Sequence record: PZ445473.1
Strand: one strand, 5' to 3'
Length of the DNA stretch: 64,000 nt
DNA from: a phage
The position numbers and the translations under genes were made by a program. Below the pieces are notes generated by a model that was not told the DNA's origin, did not search any database, and saw only the letters and a program-made list of their open reading frames with translations. Positions within the stretch are counted from its first letter, which is position 1; the number at the start of each line of letters is the position of its first letter. Of the stretch, positions 50,127-59,235 are shown in pieces.

Positions 50127-51323
50127 TTATTTTCCTAAAAATAATCCGCTCATAATACCATCCCACTCAGAGGATGGAATCACTGAATACTCCGAACTTT
50201 GGTCCAGAGTTCCACTACTAAATCTCTGAACAATGTTATAGATGTTGAACAGGTCTTTAGCCTCAGTACGGATACCGTAGACTAATTTATCAGATGTTCT
50301 TTCATCTTTAGATACCCGACGAGCAAAATTAACCAGAAGGTTGTCACATTTAAGCGTTTCTGACCCACTCTCTACCAAATCAGGGTGCATCACAGGCAAG
50401 AACATCGAGTTATTGACTCGCAACTCTGCTGTTTCGTCATTCTCATAATGAATCCACTTAAAGTCTTCATCACGGAAGTGACCACAACCGTCTCTGTACG
50501 ACTGCTGACGCCAAGGCACTTTAAATGCTTTAGCATACTTATCAGCCATGCCAACTGTAAACAACGACGCTGGGAAGATGCAAGCATCCCAATCATTACC
50601 GACCAGAGTTGCTTTCGTTTCACCCAAGAGGTTAGTATAAGTGCTAATCATTCGGGAATAAATATAAGCCTGAAGGATTGTCCAACCTTCAATCAACCAT
50701 TTATGAAGGAAGGTTTCAACTTGACTCTCTTCGTCTTCGCAATAGAAGGTTCGGTCTAGCATTAAATAGAACAGACAACGATCAGCAGGGATGTTCTCAG
50801 TTGCTACACCCATAAAACCTTTCTCGTGCCAGCGTAAACAGGAGGGACGATCTTTGTCCACAAATGCTTCCATAGCTTCCAGTACAGCACGAGGTGAGGT
50901 TTGGTATTCAGGGTTTTTACTATTCCAACGATCAATGTTGTTCTTAGGAGGTGTGTCTTCATCTTCATACGAACACCAACTTAAAGCTTCAGATACGTGC
51001 TTTTCATCACACCAATGCCTAAAACCTAACATCTTCATGTGAGTTCCGGAGTTCCAGATATGCTTGATTTTACACATATCCATCTCTCGGCTTAACAGGA
51101 ACTCTTCCCCATCAGCGCTACGAACGTTAGCTTCTTCATTCCACACTCGAACGTGCATATTCCACCCATAAGTTGCCTCATACGTGTTAGGGTCGAAGTA
51201 TTCATATTCGTCATCATCTTCATCAACGCCACCGTTATAGTTGCGGAGCTGAAGGAATCCATAGCAAGGAGGATAGACCGTTAAAACTCTACCTTCAATA
51301 TCTTCTAATGTTACTGGAAACAT
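50127..51323 (-). CDS. hypothetical protein (amidoligase cluster)
   Basis: 398-aa ORF. Confidence 0.45.
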   Translation of the reverse strand: MFPVTLEDIEGRVLTVYPPCYGFLQLRNYNGGVDEDDDEYEYFDPNTYEATYGWNMHVRVWNEEANVRSADGEEFLLSREMDMCKIKHIWNSGTHMKMLGFRHWCDEKHVSEALSWCSYEDEDTPPKNNIDRWNSKNPEYQTSPRAVLEAMEAFVDKDRPSCLRWHEKGFMGVATENIPADRCLFYLMLDRTFYCEDEESQVETFLHKWLIEGWTILQAYIYSRMISTYTNLLGETKATLVGNDWDACIFPASLFTVGMADKYAKAFKVPWRQQSYRDGCGHFRDEDFKWIHYENDETAELRVNNSMFLPVMHPDLVESGSETLKCDNLLVNFARRVSKDERTSDKLVYGIRTEAKDLFNIYNIVQRFSSGTLDQSSEYSVIPSSEWDGIMSGLFLGK

Positions 51324-51334
51324 TATACCAACCT

Positions 51335-51697
51335 CTATTGGTTTTTAATCAACTCAATAGACTTACGGATATAAAGAATATCTCGGAAGTTTCTGTAGTT
51401 GTTCATAAATTGATGCTTCTGGAACTCAGCTTCTTCCAGAGCTTTCTTTGCGTCTGCATAGCCCTTACGAGCAAGATATACAACACGCTCTGGTAACATG
51501 TTTGCACGATGGATTAGATACTTGTGAGCTTTCATGTTGCTTTGCTCACGAGCAATCTTACCTTTAGCAACTTTGATACCATTTGCAATCCAAGCAAGTT
51601 CTTGCTCAAGCTCATCGTTGGACATTCCACCGAGGTTTGATGCAACCTTGTTCAGAGTTTCAATATTAACGTTGCCCTTGATGGGACGTGTATTCAT
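51335..51697 (-). CDS. hypothetical protein
   Basis: 120-aa ORF. Confidence 0.4.
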   Translation of the reverse strand: MNTRPIKGNVNIETLNKVASNLGGMSNDELEQELAWIANGIKVAKGKIAREQSNMKAHKYLIHRANMLPERVVYLARKGYADAKKALEEAEFQKHQFMNNYRNFRDILYIRKSIELIKNQ

Positions 51698-51699
51698 AC

Positions 51700-51852
51700 T
51701 TACTCCTGTTGTTTACACTCGTCAATAACCCACTGATAAGTGGATTGCCCAGAAAAGAAACACTGAATAAATCCAGACGTTCTCTGCGTTACCAGTGCTA
51801 GTGCACAAATCACTACCGCTGCTGCTAGCAGTTTTAAATCTAATTTAGACAT
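51700..51852 (-). CDS. small signal-peptide protein
   Basis: Internal ATG at 51852 with GAGAGG RBS; MSKLDLKLLAAAVVICALALV. Confidence 0.35.
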   Translation of the reverse strand: MSKLDLKLLAAAVVICALALVTQRTSGFIQCFFSGQSTYQWVIDECKQQE

Positions 51853-52052
51853 ATTTCCTCTCTTTGAATTTAAAAAAGGACTCTCCGAAAAGAGCCAAGC
51901 TTTAAATCCAAAAAAGATATTACCCAATATCTGTGGATAACCTGCTCTTAAAATATCTATCCGACGGATGTTTGAGGAACACTCCTCGCCCTAGCATCGG
52001 CCCCATACGGGAAATAAATTAAGATTAGGTTAGTTGAGTCAGAATAACTCAC

Positions 52053-52078
52053 ATAGCCTTCTCCGGAAGAAGGCTATA
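52053..52078 (-). promoter_or_regulatory. conserved hairpin element at gene 3' end (copy 1)
   Basis: CTCACATAGCCTTCTCCGGAAGAAGGCTATA; shares an 11-mer and stem with the copy at 55278-55303; no U tract. Confidence 0.4.
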
Positions 52079-52082
52079 GATG

Positions 52083-52316
52083 TTACTCGCCTTTCTTAGC
52101 ACGATCTTTGGCAGTTTTGCCAGTGCGGATGCGGTGTGAAACGTTAACCAGAGTGCCGCCATCAACTACGGTAACGCTCTTGTTTTTAGCCAGATCAAAC
52201 ACAGCCTTCTCTGTGCCACCCAAGCGAATTTGCTTAGGCTCACTGAAGGTTTGGGTTGATTTGGATTGGAACTGGAACGGTTGACGGATTGCATCAATTG
52301 CACTTACTTTAGACAT
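52083..52316 (-). CDS. hypothetical protein
   Basis: 77-aa ORF. Confidence 0.4.
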   Translation of the reverse strand: MSKVSAIDAIRQPFQFQSKSTQTFSEPKQIRLGGTEKAVFDLAKNKSVTVVDGGTLVNVSHRIRTGKTAKDRAKKGE

Positions 52317-52388
52317 AGGGGAAATTCCTTAAAAATTCATGGCTGCGTAGAGGGAATTCCCTACGCAAATTGGGCCGCCTAAAAAGAG

Positions 52389-52410
52389 GCGTCATAGTAC
52401 TAAAAGGAGG
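52389..52410. promoter_or_regulatory. conserved 22-nt element GCGTCATAGTACTAAAAGRRGG (copy 1)
   Basis: 18-nt core identical to the copy at 57932-57949; contains the palindrome TAGTACTA. Confidence 0.4.
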
Positions 52411-52616
52411 AGAGAAGAGGGCTTATTTAGCTACCTTTTTCTGACCATTTACGAACCAGATAATTGTGCCATCAGGCTGCCGTTGACCGAAGCCTTTAAT
52501 AGTTAGCATGTCTTCCGAAAACTCTTTAAAAGTAATCATTTACTTATCCTTACATTAGAGTTAATATGATCTCTGCTTTGGCAAACTTCTCACCAACTTC
52601 GAGAGTATCAGCAATC

Positions 52617-52862
52617 CTACTCCTGAACCACAGACATACGAATCATTTCCACCGGAGTGTCACCCTTCATAACACCCAGCACACCAGACATAAGGTTAAC
52701 TGTGGTAATCCAGTCTTTTTCTACAGAGATTTTGCTGGACACATTGGCAACACGCATATAATACTGAGGTGATGCTGAACCTCGCTGGACTACGAAAGGA
52801 TTTCCGGGGATGATAGTATCCAGCGGATGTGTGTTATCTTTAATCTTAGGGATAATTTTCAT
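52617..52862 (-). CDS. hypothetical protein
   Basis: 81-aa ORF. Confidence 0.4.
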   Translation of the reverse strand: MKIIPKIKDNTHPLDTIIPGNPFVVQRGSASPQYYMRVANVSSKISVEKDWITTVNLMSGVLGVMKGDTPVEMIRMSVVQE

Positions 52863-52870
52863 CTTGATTC

Positions 52871-53182
52871 CTATTTAAGTTTGAGGCTGATATTAAGGTG
52901 CATACACGCCCTGTTCTGTACAGCGGCATAACTTCTGCCGAGCATGTCTGCCATTCTCTGAATAGGCATGAACCCAGCATTACGAATAACAAACTGATCT
53001 TCTTCTTCCGTCCACTTGACACGAAGAGTAGCTCTGGAAATTTTGAACTTGGTACAGGCTGTGTTAACAGCATTCTCTGTAACATTCATAATCTGAGCAA
53101 CCTCTTGAACCGAGTACTCTTTGATCAGTCTCCGAAGATTTTCAATCTGCATCGGAGTCCATATAGTTCTTCGTGCTTTCAT
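52871..53182 (-). CDS. putative transcriptional regulator with two HTH-like segments
   Basis: SVQEVAQIMNVTENAVNTA and IQRMADMLGRSYAAVQNRA; GGAGGG RBS; first gene of the leftward arm. Confidence 0.4.
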   Translation of the reverse strand: MKARRTIWTPMQIENLRRLIKEYSVQEVAQIMNVTENAVNTACTKFKISRATLRVKWTEEEDQFVIRNAGFMPIQRMADMLGRSYAAVQNRACMHLNISLKLK

Positions 53183-53676
53183 ATACCCTCCAATTAAACA
53201 TTTATATAAGACTTGCTTAGATAAAGATTCAATAAAATAGGGGGAGGGGACGAATCCTCCCTTATCCTATTAATTAGTATTGCATGTAAGACCTAACAAT
53301 CGGTTTCCTTTGTAGGAATAAGCGTTATGCTCATCCAGCACTAAACTCCCGCCCCCTTAGTGGGCTGGGTTATTAAAGGGTAACGCCCTTATGGGCTAGT
53401 TACGTGAATGTTAGTTTGATAGGAGATCTGAAGTCCTATCTCAAAGGACTCTCGTAAGAATCCTTCACGATAAGCTCTTAATATACTAATCCGTGTAAGA
53501 GAAACACTCTCTTAGTTAACTCTGCTTTAGCTCTGTAATAAGCCGTAGAACCTAACAGGCGGCTCTTAACAAAGAACTTGATGTCATTGCTTACGTCTTG
53601 TATTAAACGCTCCTGTACAGCTTCTGAGGAGCTATTAATTGAATCAATTAACACCTTTGTAGATGTGTAATTCACA

Positions 53677-53958
53677 TCACCACTCCTTACCGGTTGTAGT
53701 TGTAGAGCCACCACACCACTGTGCATTAGATAAGGTTTTAGTCTCCTCATCCATTGCTGCACCATTCATGCATGAGATACCATTGTAACGCATATCAATT
53801 TCGCCAGAAGGAACCTTCTCACCTTTATGCCAGCGAGATACACAAATACCTTCCACTGCTACTGCACACCATCCATCAGGACGGCTCTGTACGCAGCCTG
53901 TAAGGGCCACACAGACAATGAAGATACAGATTAAGGATATTACACCACCCCAACTCAT
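53677..53958 (-). CDS. lipoprotein
   Basis: Signal peptide with lipobox LTGC (MSWGGVISLICIFIVCVALTGC); AGGAG RBS. Confidence 0.5.
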   Translation of the reverse strand: MSWGGVISLICIFIVCVALTGCVQSRPDGWCAVAVEGICVSRWHKGEKVPSGEIDMRYNGISCMNGAAMDEETKTLSNAQWCGGSTTTTGKEW

Positions 53959-53977
53959 AACTATCTCCTAATTGATT

Positions 53978-54022
53978 TGGTGCGCCCTACAGGATTTGAA
54001 CCTGTAACCAATAGCTTAGAAG
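53978..54022 (-). pseudogene. tRNA 3'-half remnant (anticodon loop, T-arm, acceptor 3' strand, CCA) lacking a foldable 5' half
   Basis: Minus-strand CTTCTAA GCTAT TGGTT ACAGG TTCAAAT CCTGT AGGGCGC A CCA; no complementary 5' acceptor or anticodon strand upstream. Confidence 0.4.
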
Positions 54023-54056
54023 TAAAACTTCTATCCTTGTAATGAAGTTTTCATTG

Positions 54057-54131
54057 TGGCGTTCCCTCGTGGAATCGAACCACGAATAAGAGCTTAGAAG
54101 GCTCCAGTTATATCCGTTTAACTAAGGGAAC
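54057..54131 (-). tRNA. tRNA-Arg (anticodon UCU)
   Basis: Hand-folded cloverleaf: acceptor GTTCCCT/AGGGAAC, D stem GTTA/TAAC, anticodon stem GGAGC/GCTCT, loop CTTCTAA, T arm CGTGG-TTCGATT-CCACG, discriminator G, CCA. Confidence 0.8.
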
Positions 54132-54137
54132 ATTACA

Positions 54138-54488
54138 ATGAAAACTTGCACAACCTGTCACACCCAAAAGGAAGATTCAGATTTTTACAAGAAAGGAGAT
54201 CGACTTCATTCTATGTGTAAACAATGTTTCAATGCCTACTGTATTGAACGTTGGAGGCAAAGAAAGACTCAAGCGGTTAAAGATTTCGGAGGTAAATGTC
54301 ATGACTGCAATCAAGAATACCCCGATGCAGTCTTTGATTTCCACCACCTAGACCCCTCTGAAAAAGATTTTGATTGGAATAAACTTAGACTCCGATCTAT
54401 TGACTCTATCAGAGAAGAGTTAAGCAAGTGCGTAATGCTCTGTGCTAACTGCCACCGTATTCGTCACATTGATTACCCTATCCATTGA
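54138..54488 (+). CDS. HNH endonuclease-like protein
   Basis: CTTCH...CKQCF zinc motifs, FDFHHLDP and LCANCHRIRH; lone plus-strand gene next to the tRNA. Confidence 0.55.
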   Translation: MKTCTTCHTQKEDSDFYKKGDRLHSMCKQCFNAYCIERWRQRKTQAVKDFGGKCHDCNQEYPDAVFDFHHLDPSEKDFDWNKLRLRSIDSIREELSKCVMLCANCHRIRHIDYPIH

Positions 54489-54562
54489 GCTAAGAGCGCT
54501 TAATTTATTTAGATCATATCTCGCTTGGTGATAGGACCACACACTTTACATTCATACCAACC

Positions 54563-54814
54563 TTAAGCACATGCAGGGAGTGTGATGATTTCAGGTTTAC
54601 CTTCGAACTCTTCAAACAAACCCAAGAATGTAGGGCTATACGTACCAGTACAAACAAACTCATCAAAGAGTTCATTGTATGAGGGCTTAATCTTCCAAGC
54701 CCACACATAGCCCATCTTATCAATTGCAATGTAACGAGTGTTTAGAGGAACAGTCATCATCACACCATCAACTTCGACCACTTTAGTGATTGGTGCAGCT
54801 TGGAAGTTTTTCAT
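54563..54814 (-). CDS. hypothetical protein
   Basis: 83-aa ORF. Confidence 0.4.
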   Translation of the reverse strand: MKNFQAAPITKVVEVDGVMMTVPLNTRYIAIDKMGYVWAWKIKPSYNELFDEFVCTGTYSPTFLGLFEEFEGKPEIITLPACA

Positions 54815-55277
54815 ACTTTACCCTTAATTAAAACAACAAAGGCCACCCGATTGGGCAGCCTTTTTTATTTGTTAACTGTTATAGATCCAATTACCTTGCT
54901 TGTTACGGATAGTGGACATTGCATGAACCCAGAAGCCTTCCAGTTTCAGAGCACCATTAGTTACTGCATCCATACGTTCAGGGCGGTTCATACGTTTGGT
55001 TGATACTTTCATACCTATCTCTCTCTTTGTTAGTGGAGGCATTATTGCCAGTTGATATAGCAGATAACCCTATTAAAAGGACTACCGACTATCTAAACTG
55101 GTGAAGACTCCCTACCCCTAGAGAGTCTCCTGAATCCCAAACCAATATGTACCCCTACATATCGGAAAGTCTACCGAAAATTAACAGGTTTTAGTCTAAC
55201 ACCGGATGTTCGAGCAAGCTCTCCCTAGCGGTGTGGCATATGCCTGATTTAATAAGTTAATGAGGAACACCCTCACA

Positions 55278-55303
55278 TAGCCCTCTGATAAGCACAAGGG
55301 CTA
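55278..55303 (-). promoter_or_regulatory. conserved hairpin element at gene 3' end (copy 2)
   Basis: CTCACATAGCCCTCT-N-AGGGCTATA, 11 nt past the stop of 55314-55610. Confidence 0.4.
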
Positions 55304-55313
55304 TAAGTCGGTG

Positions 55314-55610
55314 TTACTTGTCGGCTTCAATCTCTTGATGCTTAGCTATAGCTACTCTCAAGTCCTCATTAGCACGAGTAAGGCGTAATACTTCATGGTT
55401 GAGATTCTGAAGACGCTTGTTTCTATCTTCAACTTGCGTAATAAGATCATTAAGAGTTTCTTTAACTTTCTCACTATACATCTCATCCACTCGGACTAGA
55501 GATTTGTACATTCTCTCCCAGCTTGCTGCTTTGTTCCTAAGGATAATAAATCCTATAACGCTGATAGTTAAACAGCTTACAAAAAGGAATTTATATATCT
55601 CTAAAGTCAT
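55314..55610 (-). CDS. membrane-anchored coiled-coil protein (i-spanin-like architecture)
   Basis: N-terminal TM FLFVSCLTISVIGFIIL then charged helical region. Confidence 0.4.
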   Translation of the reverse strand: MTLEIYKFLFVSCLTISVIGFIILRNKAASWERMYKSLVRVDEMYSEKVKETLNDLITQVEDRNKRLQNLNHEVLRLTRANEDLRVAIAKHQEIEADK

Positions 55611-55809
55611 ATTATTTACCCTTTATCAGAGATTAAAAGTAATATTATTTAAGTAAGTTATATTTAGTAAACTTATTTTCTAAGAAATTTTCAAAGGGTC
55701 TATATACAGAGCATTACCCATAGTCCCAGAACACTACCATCTTTTTCAATAAATTTACTAAGTGGTTGGTTTATAAAGGAATTTAGTTTGTCAAATCTGG
55801 CACTAGAGA

Positions 55810-56199
55810 TTATTCCCTAGAGCTATTATCGAACACTAAATCACCACAATACATAGGATTGGCATACCATTTTGGCACCCCTTCGCTCTTACTCTGAAAG
55901 TAAGTCCCACTATACAGCGGAACATAATTCTTCTTAAGGGCACGTTTAGCAAGTCGCTCGCTTTCTCCAATGGCTTGCTTAGTCATCGGATTTTTATCAC
56001 GAATCAGCTTTACATAACGTTTATAAGGTTTCTCCTGTTTTAATAGTACCGGAATCCACTCAAACTGGTTCTTTTGTCTTATCACCTGTTCAGCGGTCAG
56101 TTTTCGTTGGGCCATTCTATTTATCACGGTATCCGCAACTAAAGCCTTACATGCGGTTGGCTGATTCCCTGCCTCATAATAAATAGTCAATGTCAACAT
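55810..56199 (-). CDS. cell wall hydrolase (SleB/Hydrolase_2-like)
   Basis: TIYYEAGNQPTACKALVADTVINRMA ... NQFEW resembles the SleB-type hydrolase N-terminal motif. Confidence 0.5.
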   Translation of the reverse strand: MLTLTIYYEAGNQPTACKALVADTVINRMAQRKLTAEQVIRQKNQFEWIPVLLKQEKPYKRYVKLIRDKNPMTKQAIGESERLAKRALKKNYVPLYSGTYFQSKSEGVPKWYANPMYCGDLVFDNSSRE

Positions 56200-56453
56200 T
56201 AGCTGGGCCGTTGTTATCAGAACTTGCTACCTCCTCTCAGGATAAAACACCTTTCATGTATGCCTTACTCGAAGCCCTCCTTGTGGCTTTTAGTATGGAT
56301 TGCTTAGCCTTAGTCTTAGCTTCTTCTGTCATTCCATCAAAAACACCGAGCTTAGTTAGCTCCTTACTAGGAGGCTTATAGGAAGGGTTTAAAGCATTAG
56401 ATAAATTATGACCATAGGCATGACCACGGCACAATAAAGAAGAAAGATTAAGC

Positions 56454-56819
56454 CTATGGATTTACACATTGACCGTTACCGGATGCGATTTCATTCATTG
56501 ACTCATCAAACAAGGTTAGGGATGAGCGCATCAAGTGATCGACCGTGATTTGTTTACCGGTAGTTTCATTTACCAGTTGAATAGTTTTATCATATGATTG
56601 CACATGATCGAAATCATTTACATGCAAAATAATAACTTTAGGTGACTTTTTACCAGTCGAATAGTTTTCTATCAAATAGGTGCACTGTAAACCTTCCACC
56701 GTATCAGGGGAAAATGTTGCAGCCTTTACACTACCCATAGCCGATAGGAGAACGCCCAGCAGGAGAACGACCAGAAAAAAACCTACAACCATTTTAATGA
56801 TGAATTTAATAAACCACAT
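56454..56819 (-). CDS. membrane-anchored periplasmic protein
   Basis: N-terminal TM FFLVVLLLGVLLSAMG then soluble domain with two Cys. Confidence 0.4.
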   Translation of the reverse strand: MWFIKFIIKMVVGFFLVVLLLGVLLSAMGSVKAATFSPDTVEGLQCTYLIENYSTGKKSPKVIILHVNDFDHVQSYDKTIQLVNETTGKQITVDHLMRSSLTLFDESMNEIASGNGQCVNP

Positions 56820-56922
56820 AACTATAAACCTTTTAATCAGAGGATGTAAGAATAAAGCATATCAGCGACGAATAACGCCACTGTAACGACGAATAAGCAA
56901 CGCCAGAAAAAATCATTAAGCA

Positions 56923-57168
56923 TCATTTTAATCCGTGATTCAGTAGGTTCGCCAGTGATAGCCCACCGTCAAAATAAATTGAACGGAAGTCATCGCGGGT
57001 AATTTCAATCCCTACAGCAGATAACCAATCTTTGGCCTTTTTAAAATCCATGACGCAGAAAGTAACGGTCGGGATTATTACATCACCAGCTTGCAAGCTA
57101 AACGCAATAAAAGTATCACACACAAAACAAGAAAATCCGCTAGACAATTTAACTTCTTTGATAGCCAT
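56923..57168 (-). CDS. hypothetical protein
   Basis: 81-aa ORF. Confidence 0.35.
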   Translation of the reverse strand: MAIKEVKLSSGFSCFVCDTFIAFSLQAGDVIIPTVTFCVMDFKKAKDWLSAVGIEITRDDFRSIYFDGGLSLANLLNHGLK

Positions 57169-57182
57169 AATTTTAACCCTTA

Positions 57183-57671
57183 TTATTTAGCACTGATGCA
57201 ATTAGCTAGGTTGATGTGTACGGTATAAACCGCATTATTCTCACTATTGTAAACCGTGGTGGCAAGCATTGATTCGTTTATCGGGCCATAACTGACTAGA
57301 TTTGTAACAGCTTTCGCATGTTTGTAACGTTGTACAGTGCCAAATGTAACTAGTTCGGGATCGTTATCAGTGCGCTTTAATAGCAAATCATCATTGCCCT
57401 GATTATCTAGTGTTTTGGTACTAACGACCAGACCATCACGGGAAACGTTACTAAATTTAACCTTTAAGACGATTTGATTGGTGTCACTATCCGCACCGTT
57501 ACAGATTAACCATTTGTTAGGTGCATCCTTCACGAACAAACTAGCGGCATTATTAGCAGAAGCAGAACTAGCGATAGCGTTGTCAGAAAAAGAAGTTACC
57601 AGTGCACTGACACCGATGGCTGTAACCAGTGCATAACTTGCCAGATTAATAGTCTGCATTACTTTCGCCAT
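57183..57671 (-). CDS. secreted protein with signal peptide
   Basis: Cleavable-looking signal MAKVMQTINLASYALVTAIGVSALVTSFS. Confidence 0.45.
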   Translation of the reverse strand: MAKVMQTINLASYALVTAIGVSALVTSFSDNAIASSASANNAASLFVKDAPNKWLICNGADSDTNQIVLKVKFSNVSRDGLVVSTKTLDNQGNDDLLLKRTDNDPELVTFGTVQRYKHAKAVTNLVSYGPINESMLATTVYNSENNAVYTVHINLANCISAK

Positions 57672-57775
57672 TTTTGCTACTCCTTAGATAGAATCAATTA
57701 ACTATTGCCACTTCTATAATACAAAGACGGTATTCAAGGTTACTACTCATACTTATACCTCCTGTTTTACGGGCA

Positions 57776-57801
57776 TAAAAAGCCCCAGCCGTAGCCGGGG
57801 C
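57776..57801 (-). terminator. rho-independent terminator (minus strand)
   Basis: Minus-strand GCCCCGGC-TAC-GCTGGGGC followed by TTTTTAT. Confidence 0.6.
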
Positions 57802-57865
57802 AAACCTGAAAGCAACGCATGACCGTTGCTATAAATACACTCGCAAATGCACTTACAGCAACGCA

Positions 57866-57886
57866 AAAAGCCGCTCAAAGGCGGCT
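57866..57886 (-). terminator. rho-independent terminator (minus strand), in tandem with the previous one
   Basis: Minus-strand GCCGCC-TTTGA-GCGGC followed by TTTTTG. Confidence 0.6.
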
Positions 57887-57931
57887 ATGTGGAAGCTTCA
57901 AATGGGGAGAGGGCACGACGCGGCAGAAAGA

Positions 57932-57955
57932 GCGTCATAGTACTAAAAGAGGGGG
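57932..57955. promoter_or_regulatory. conserved element GCGTCATAGTACTAAAAGAGGGG (copy 2)
   Basis: 18-nt core identical to 52389-52406. Confidence 0.4.
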
Positions 57956-57967
57956 GCTGCATTCCTA

Positions 57968-58411
57968 CTACTTAACCCTTGCTTCTTTGATGGGGTCAAT
58001 GTATTTTTCAACTCCCCACTTGCGTTTACTGTCAGCGTAGAAAACATCAGGTGCACACTGGCTTGTCTTAGGAAATGCTTGCGGGTCTTTCGTGCTACCT
58101 TTAAACTTCTGTTTACCACGGGTGCGACCATTACAGAAGATCTCTAACTTCTTCTCTTCTTCTGTTTTAGCGCCACCGCTCCGTAATAAAGAGCGTTTAT
58201 GATCGGCTAACAATAACGCATCAGCACGATGGACACGATGACCTAAACGTTTTGCCACACTGGAAGGAATATGAGATTCAGCTTCAGCCTTTGCAGCACG
58301 ACGCTTTAAACTACGCTTGCTAACGTGATTGGTTGCCTTTGGTTTCTCTTTCTCCAATTCAGAAATAGAAAAACAACGCCCGCCCTTCATGCTGATTTTA
58401 GATTTAGCCAC
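57968..58411 (-). CDS. hypothetical basic protein
   Basis: 147-aa ORF. Confidence 0.4.
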   Translation of the reverse strand: MAKSKISMKGGRCFSISELEKEKPKATNHVSKRSLKRRAAKAEAESHIPSSVAKRLGHRVHRADALLLADHKRSLLRSGGAKTEEEKKLEIFCNGRTRGKQKFKGSTKDPQAFPKTSQCAPDVFYADSKRKWGVEKYIDPIKEARVK

Positions 58412-58480
58412 TATCTTATTCCTTTCAGTGATAAGTTATATCGGGCAAGCCCATCAAGGCGATAGGCTTGAACAAATAAC

Positions 58481-58690
58481 TCAACCAAGTAAACCAAATG
58501 ATTTCCAACTACGCAGTAAGATCGTACCATCATCCATAGTTACGCATAATTTTAGTAGTCGCTTACTGGTACTGCTCACCGTTGTGATTCGTCCGGTTGT
58601 GCATTTACCTTTATTGCTATAAAGATATATAACACGATGGCCTAACAAACGAGATGGCGCTTTCTTAAATTCTGAGATGTTAGTGATCAT
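58481..58690 (-). CDS. hypothetical small protein
   Basis: 69-aa ORF abutting the next gene. Confidence 0.35.
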   Translation of the reverse strand: MITNISEFKKAPSRLLGHRVIYLYSNKGKCTTGRITTVSSTSKRLLKLCVTMDDGTILLRSWKSFGLLG

Positions 58691-58908
58691 TATCCATATA
58701 CCTTAACATGATTGATTCGACGTGAATGATGATAAGAAGACTCAACAGCCATTGCCTTTAATTCTTCTTTTCGTTGGTTAGTGTGTACAATATCCCAATG
58801 ATTATGATCGTGTTGGCGCTGTAATATCTTACTACATTTGCGATGGTTTCCCGTGCTGCGACGTTTCTCACAAATAGGACACTTGCCAAAATTATTACTG
58901 AATATCAT
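58690..58908 (-). CDS. small Cys/His-rich protein
   Basis: GKCPICEKRR...HDHNHWD. Confidence 0.35.
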   Translation of the reverse strand: MIFSNNFGKCPICEKRRSTGNHRKCSKILQRQHDHNHWDIVHTNQRKEELKAMAVESSYHHSRRINHVKVYG

Positions 58909-59132
58909 TTTCTCAATCCTAACTTTCTTAAGACACGGCCTAACGTTGTTTCTTGGGTGATAATATACCTGACCGCTTCACGTTCCAACGTTTCAATCTT
59001 CATTGGCGACGGATACCATTCACCGGTAAGCATACACCTATACTCAACGCCATACTTTTTAGATAGGCGGTAATGTTGACCGTTGATAAGGTTCCTATAA
59101 ATCGTGGTATGCGTCGTTAACATAATCGTCAC
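58905..59132 (-). CDS. hypothetical small protein
   Basis: 75-aa ORF with overlapping stop/start. Confidence 0.35.
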   Translation of the reverse strand: MTIMLTTHTTIYRNLINGQHYRLSKKYGVEYRCMLTGEWYPSPMKIETLEREAVRYIITQETTLGRVLRKLGLRK

Positions 59133-59235
59133 CTTTGATTAGATTCTTTGATTAGTACACTGAATCAATGCACTGATAAAAGAAAAGGCGCTACCCGTTA
59201 AAGATAGCGCCTCATGTTTATTTAGATTGTCTTAC

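Noticed and set aside
53478-53765. 95-aa ORF overlapping the lipoprotein gene 53677-53958
   Set aside because: It overlaps a better-supported gene with a strong RBS and lipobox; it may be a shorter gene from an internal start but I cannot support it.
53978-54022. A second complete tRNA gene
   Set aside because: Only the 3' half folds; no 5' acceptor strand or anticodon-stem partner exists under any variable-loop length I tried, so I call it a remnant.
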